Origin: an uncultured virus (IMG/VR IMGVR_UViG_3300023231_000362)
Taxonomy: Duplodnaviria; Heunggongvirae; Uroviricota; Caudoviricetes
Reading direction: 5' to 3' (one strand)
IMG/VR virus record: IMGVR_UViG_3300023231_000362
Length of the DNA stretch: 64,000 nt
Positions 60,079 through 64,000 of this stretch are shown here, one piece after another. Within the stretch, counting starts at the first letter, position 1. Each line of letters starts with the position of its first letter. The notes beneath the pieces were generated by a model. That model did not search any database. It saw nothing but the letters and a program-made list of their open reading frames with translations, and was not told the DNA's origin. A program made the translations under genes and the position numbers.

Positions 60079-60357
60079 ATGAATATGTTTAAATATCCAG
60101 TCACTTTAACGAAAGATGGCGACACCATCTTGGCGACATTTCGGGATGTTCCAGAAGCCATTACTTTTGGTGCTGATAAAGAAGAGGCGTTACTCAATGC
60201 CGTTGATGCTTTAGAGGCTGGGTTATCTTTTTACGTTGAGGCGAATAAAACTCTACCCGTACCGAGCAAGGTCAAGCGCAACGAGGTGACAGTGTGCCCA
60301 TCCGCTTTAGAGTGTGCAAAATTGGGTGTATATCAAGCCATGACTGCGGATAGATAG
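60079..60357 (+). CDS. hicB: HicB-family antitoxin, N-terminal domain only
   Basis: YPVTL...F.DVPEAITFG...EEAL.NA.DAL...LPVPS; ends before the HTH. Confidence 0.85.
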   Translation: MNMFKYPVTLTKDGDTILATFRDVPEAITFGADKEEALLNAVDALEAGLSFYVEANKTLPVPSKVKRNEVTVCPSALECAKLGVYQAMTADR

Positions 60358-60458
60358 CGTTCTGGTGCTCAATACAATTTAAGACCAGTAGAAGCTAGGG
60401 CAATCGAGAAGCACTTAAATACCTAGACTAAACGTTAATAAACTTAATAAGTATTATT

Positions 60459-60770
60459 ATGCAGATATTATACAAAAAAGAACTAGAGCAATTGCTGGAT
60501 AAAATTGCTACAGGAAAAACTGACGTTAACCGGCTCCAAGAGGACGAACTAGAGGAGTTGATGGACTACATTCACGAGCGAGCTGAGGAGTTGGATGATC
60601 CTGACTATGACGAGATTAAGCAGCAGTTACTCCAGTTGTTTGACCTGCTCGGACATGTTATTGATAACAGGATTGAAGCGGAAGATAATGAAAAGTTTAT
60701 AGACTCTATACGAGGAAGTATACAAAGAGGCAATTTTTACTTTGAATTGGGCAGTTTTATAGTGCATTAA
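60459..60770 (+). CDS. Acidic hypothetical protein
   Basis: 103-aa ORF. Confidence 0.7.
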   Translation: MQILYKKELEQLLDKIATGKTDVNRLQEDELEELMDYIHERAEELDDPDYDEIKQQLLQLFDLLGHVIDNRIEAEDNEKFIDSIRGSIQRGNFYFELGSFIVH

Positions 60771-60956
60771 CTTCCCGATATGGAACAACTCTTAGAGTCT
60801 GGTCACAAAAAACAAAAACTAAGAGCCCACTCATTCACTTTCCGGGTAGGATAGCAGTCTGAGTGGGCTCTTAGTTTTCTAGATAACTTTGACGTCATGT
60901 GCGAAGCCAAATCAAAGAACTTGGCTAGTGCAAAACTAGCCAAACAAATTGCTTAG
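60771..60956 (+). pseudogene. Orphan second uvsE 3' end
   Basis: LPDMEQLLESGHKKQKLRAHS...EWALSFLDNFDVMCEAKSKNLAS aligns with the UvsE C-terminus. Confidence 0.85.
60815..60878. repeat. 19-bp perfect inverted repeat, possible bidirectional terminator
   Basis: aaaactaagagcccactca / tgagtgggctcttagtttt with a 26-nt loop. Confidence 0.9.
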
Positions 60957-60957
60957 C

Positions 60958-61176
60958 CTAAGACTTTTTAGTAGTTGTCTTCTTTTTTGTTGATGTGGCC
61001 TTCTTCTTAGCAGGCGACTTTTTTGTTGTTGTGGCCTTCTTCTTAGCTGGTGCATTGTCAGCAAGAGGGAACGTTGTTCCCTTAGGGAACGGCCAAGCGG
61101 CTGGTTCTTTAACTTCAGGGTTGTTGTTTCCAAATAACCAGTTAATTAATTTTGACAGCATGTTATCGATCTCCAT
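60958..61176 (-). CDS. Small Lys/Ala/Thr-rich basic protein
   Basis: PAKKKATxTKK repeats; minus-strand TAAATA at 61192-61197. Confidence 0.65.
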   Translation of the reverse strand: MEIDNMLSKLINWLFGNNNPEVKEPAAWPFPKGTTFPLADNAPAKKKATTTKKSPAKKKATSTKKKTTTKKS

Positions 61177-61206
61177 TGTATAATATACATATATTTATAT
61201 TAGGTA

Positions 61207-61235
61207 TTGACAAACGAACAGAAAGGCCCTATAAT
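61207..61235 (+). promoter_or_regulatory. Sigma70 consensus early promoter
   Basis: TTGACA-17 bp-TATAAT. Confidence 0.85.
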
Positions 61236-61264
61236 AACACTATTAATAACGATATAGGATTGAT

Positions 61265-61600
61265 ATGAAGCAATTTATTATGATTTTTACTATGTTGGGT
61301 ATTACTGGATGTGCGGGCCTAAACACGCACTCTAAGCCAGATATTGAATATGTTAGGAACTTTAAAATAGATTGCAGTCAAGCACATGCGCAGTACCAGT
61401 ATATTGACAGTTTAACACCCACGCATTGGGAAAAACAAAGTGCTAAGATTATTACCTCATCAGTAACTGGTAGTATTGGTGGTGCTATTTCTGGTGATCA
61501 TAGAAACAGGGCACATATTAGTTCTGGAGTATACGAAGCAAACATCAGTATGATTAAACATGATATTAGAAGTCAATGTGGATATAAGGATTATACATGA
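61265..61600 (+). CDS. Lipoprotein
   Basis: Lipobox ITGC. Confidence 0.75.
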   Translation: MKQFIMIFTMLGITGCAGLNTHSKPDIEYVRNFKIDCSQAHAQYQYIDSLTPTHWEKQSAKIITSSVTGSIGGAISGDHRNRAHISSGVYEANISMIKHDIRSQCGYKDYT

Positions 61601-61878
61601 AATATTTCGCAATATTTTCAATGCTGTTTTTAACTGCATGTGGATCTGTATACAAGGCACCATTACATCAGGTTGAGAGAATGTATGTGGACTGTGCCAA
61701 TAAGGAACAACAGGAGCGATACCTAGAAAGTTTATTAACGAAACAACATGACGATGGTATTGAATACTGGAACGACTGGTTGTTAAATTTAAACTCTGAG
61801 GAAAGACATCAAGACGAGGCGTTATATCGTAACCGTGTTAGATCATTACTGTGGGAGGTTAGATCAACATGCGGTTAA
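61597..61878 (+). CDS. Lipoprotein
   Basis: Lipobox LTAC. Confidence 0.75.
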   Translation: MKYFAIFSMLFLTACGSVYKAPLHQVERMYVDCANKEQQERYLESLLTKQHDDGIEYWNDWLLNLNSEERHQDEALYRNRVRSLLWEVRSTCG

Positions 61879-62423
61879 TTACTCTACTATTAATTGTTCC
61901 TGGTTTAGTGTTTGCTGAATGCAGGGTCGTGCAAAACAATCACAGTAACGCAGTAGGCACGATTAATCAGATCAGAAACATACAATCACAAGTACTGGAG
62001 TTTAGAAATAAAACCAGACAGTGCGAAGTTACATTTGAAGGCAACATTGCTAATGGCTGGCACATTGGGTCTGGAGTGTACAAATGGCGTAATGACATGC
62101 CAGATGATGTAGCGTGTGGCAATGCATTTGAGCTCGCCAAAGGTAACTTAATTAAAACAGTGGGTAAGATGCAGATTAGTTCTGAGACTTCATTAATCTG
62201 TGATGAGAGCAACGACCCTGCACTTAAAGTATTAACACCAGGACAAGTTCTCGCATATGGTCAATGGAGACCACATCCCAAAAAGCCACAAGTGTTTTGG
62301 TATCAAGGCACAAGTTGCATGTGGTTTGTGGAAACCAATCTAGCAGGCAACAGTATGCGGCAATGGGAAGGTATTGTATGTGAAGCCAACGACAACAACT
62401 GGGTTGTGGTTGACAAATTTTAA
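61869..62423 (+). CDS. Exported Cys-containing protein
   Basis: Signal peptide ending VFA; six Cys. Confidence 0.7.
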   Translation: MRLITLLLIVPGLVFAECRVVQNNHSNAVGTINQIRNIQSQVLEFRNKTRQCEVTFEGNIANGWHIGSGVYKWRNDMPDDVACGNAFELAKGNLIKTVGKMQISSETSLICDESNDPALKVLTPGQVLAYGQWRPHPKKPQVFWYQGTSCMWFVETNLAGNSMRQWEGIVCEANDNNWVVVDKF

Positions 62424-62468
62424 AAGTGATGTTAATGTATGTTATATTATTTGCGTAGGAGGTATAAT

Positions 62469-62633
62469 ATGAAAGGTTTTATCGTAGGAGTAATACTAAC
62501 ACTAGCGGTAGTGTTTCCAGACAAAACCAAAGATGTGTTTACTTGGTCAGTAGAAGCAATGGAAAACGTTATTGCTGGCAGTGAAACAACTTTAGATACA
62601 GTTAGTAGTTCAATAGAAGAGAGGACATTATGA
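62469..62633 (+). CDS. Small membrane-anchored protein
   Basis: AGGAGG SD; hydrophobic N-terminus. Confidence 0.65.
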   Translation: MKGFIVGVILTLAVVFPDKTKDVFTWSVEAMENVIAGSETTLDTVSSSIEERTL

Positions 62634-63184
62634 AAACCCTTGTGATTGCGTTGACAGCACTGTCCTTAGTGGCGTGCAACTCAACAGGCAAGTATGCTAA
62701 GATTGAGCAGAAAAAGTTTGAGCAAGACGCCAAGTATGCAGAGAAGGCACTGGATAAAATGCCAAAATGGATGACTGAGATGCCAGAAGATCAAGCCGCA
62801 GTATATGCAAACGGAACGGCAACCAGCTTTGACATCAATATGGCAGATACGAAAGCCATGGTAATGGCACTAGGCAAAATCTGTATTAGTGCAGGTGGCA
62901 CAGTAGACGAGCGTTCCAGGGTCTTTATGCAGGATACTCCTGATGGCACAATAGAACGCAGTGAGTTAGCAATTCAGAGTGTATGTGATACCGTTGATGT
63001 TAGTGGGGCAGAGATTGCCGACATTAAACGTATAACACAAGGCACAAAGTATAGAACATATGTGCTAATGGTGTTGCCTTTTGGTAATGCTAATTATCTA
63101 GCAACCAAGCGAAGAACCGCACAAAATCAAGCACTAGCAGAAGAACGTATGGAAGATGTATTTGAAGAAATGGAGTCTAATTAA
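62630..63184 (+). CDS. LPP20-like lipoprotein
   Basis: Lipobox LVAC; PKWM...YANG...A..KA. Confidence 0.7.
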   Translation: MKTLVIALTALSLVACNSTGKYAKIEQKKFEQDAKYAEKALDKMPKWMTEMPEDQAAVYANGTATSFDINMADTKAMVMALGKICISAGGTVDERSRVFMQDTPDGTIERSELAIQSVCDTVDVSGAEIADIKRITQGTKYRTYVLMVLPFGNANYLATKRRTAQNQALAEERMEDVFEEMESN

Positions 63185-63807
63185 TGCCAAATTTAGTACC
63201 AATAGTTATTGAGCAAACTAGTAAAGGTGAACGCAGTTTTGACATCTACTCTAGATTACTTAAAGACAGAGTTGTGATACTGGACACAGAAGTATCGAGT
63301 CACTCAGCAAGTTTGATTGTGGCTCAACTACTGTATCTAGAGTCTGAAGATCCAGGGCAAGACATCTTGCTCTATATTAACAGTCCAGGAGGACTTGTGT
63401 CAGCAGGCTTATCTATATATGATACCATGCAGTACATCAAACCAGATGTATCTACTATTGTATTAGGACAAGCCGCAAGTATGGGATCGTTCCTAGCAAT
63501 GGCTGGTGCTGAAGGCAAGCGTATGGTATTACCAGAAGCTCGCACAATGATACACAGAGTGTCGTCTGGCACTCCAGGAACTAAAGGCAGTGTGCATGTA
63601 CAGGCACTAGAGTTTGAGGATGCTAAACGTTCATTTGAAGAAAGTCAACACATTAACAAGCGTCTAACAGAACTCTACGTTAGACACAACACCGCTGGCA
63701 AATCGTATAAGGATCTGTATGAAGCAATGAAGTTTGATACATATCTATCAGCTGAAGAAGCAGTCGATTATGGACTGGCAGATACAGTTATTACAAACAG
63801 AGAATAA
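63184..63807 (+). CDS. clpP: Clp protease proteolytic subunit
   Basis: [34 protein letters not shown]. Confidence 0.95.
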   Translation: MPNLVPIVIEQTSKGERSFDIYSRLLKDRVVILDTEVSSHSASLIVAQLLYLESEDPGQDILLYINSPGGLVSAGLSIYDTMQYIKPDVSTIVLGQAASMGSFLAMAGAEGKRMVLPEARTMIHRVSSGTPGTKGSVHVQALEFEDAKRSFEESQHINKRLTELYVRHNTAGKSYKDLYEAMKFDTYLSAEEAVDYGLADTVITNRE

Positions 63808-63851
63808 GCGCAATACCGCTGTCCAAATAAATACACTATTAAGGACAGCAA

Positions 63852-64000
63852 ATGCAGTTATTTGAATTACGTAAAGGTCAACCCGAAGTCTATGTAGACA
63901 TGGATGGCGTGTTGGCCGACTTTTTTGGCGCACTTAGCCAACAACACCAAGTTGATCATTGGACGGATATACCAGACAGTGACGATACTGTAGTTAAAAG
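63852..64000 (+). CDS. HAD-family nucleotidase-like protein, 3'-truncated
   Basis: MQLFEL...VYVDMDGVLADF; TAAATA and AAGGA upstream. Confidence 0.8.
   Translation, partial: MQLFELRKGQPEVYVDMDGVLADFFGALSQQHQVDHWTDIPDSDDTVVK

Overview
A 64-kb segment of a large T4-like/jumbo myovirus genome: AT-rich, gene-dense, mostly + strand, standard genetic code. The host is probably an aquatic proteobacterium, inferred from class Ia nrdAB, sigma70 promoters, CsgG and HicB. Modules in order: (1) replication, with a miniature DnaE-like ORF, primase and helicase; (2) a late-expressed block of putative head-packaged proteins containing three unrelated nucleotidyltransferase folds in tandem; (3) structural genes (tailspike, PAAR) and nrdAB/glutaredoxin; (4) host-takeover and proteostasis genes (ClpX, bS21, sHsp with a ROSE-like leader, ClpS, and ClpP at the far end); (5) a CsgF/CsgG/curlin/FecR/PA14 cassette near a CHASE2 nucleotidyl cyclase; (6) a glycan or small-molecule modification island (radical SAM, UDP-glucose dehydrogenase, amidinotransferase, 2OG oxygenase); (7) uvsE followed by an insertion scar holding a NUMOD3 remnant, an orphan HicB and a duplicated uvsE 3' end with a micro-inversion; (8) a lipoprotein operon. 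T4-like TAAATA late promoters recur throughout. I saw no tRNA, rRNA or CRISPR array by eye. All family assignments come from motif recognition, not database searches.
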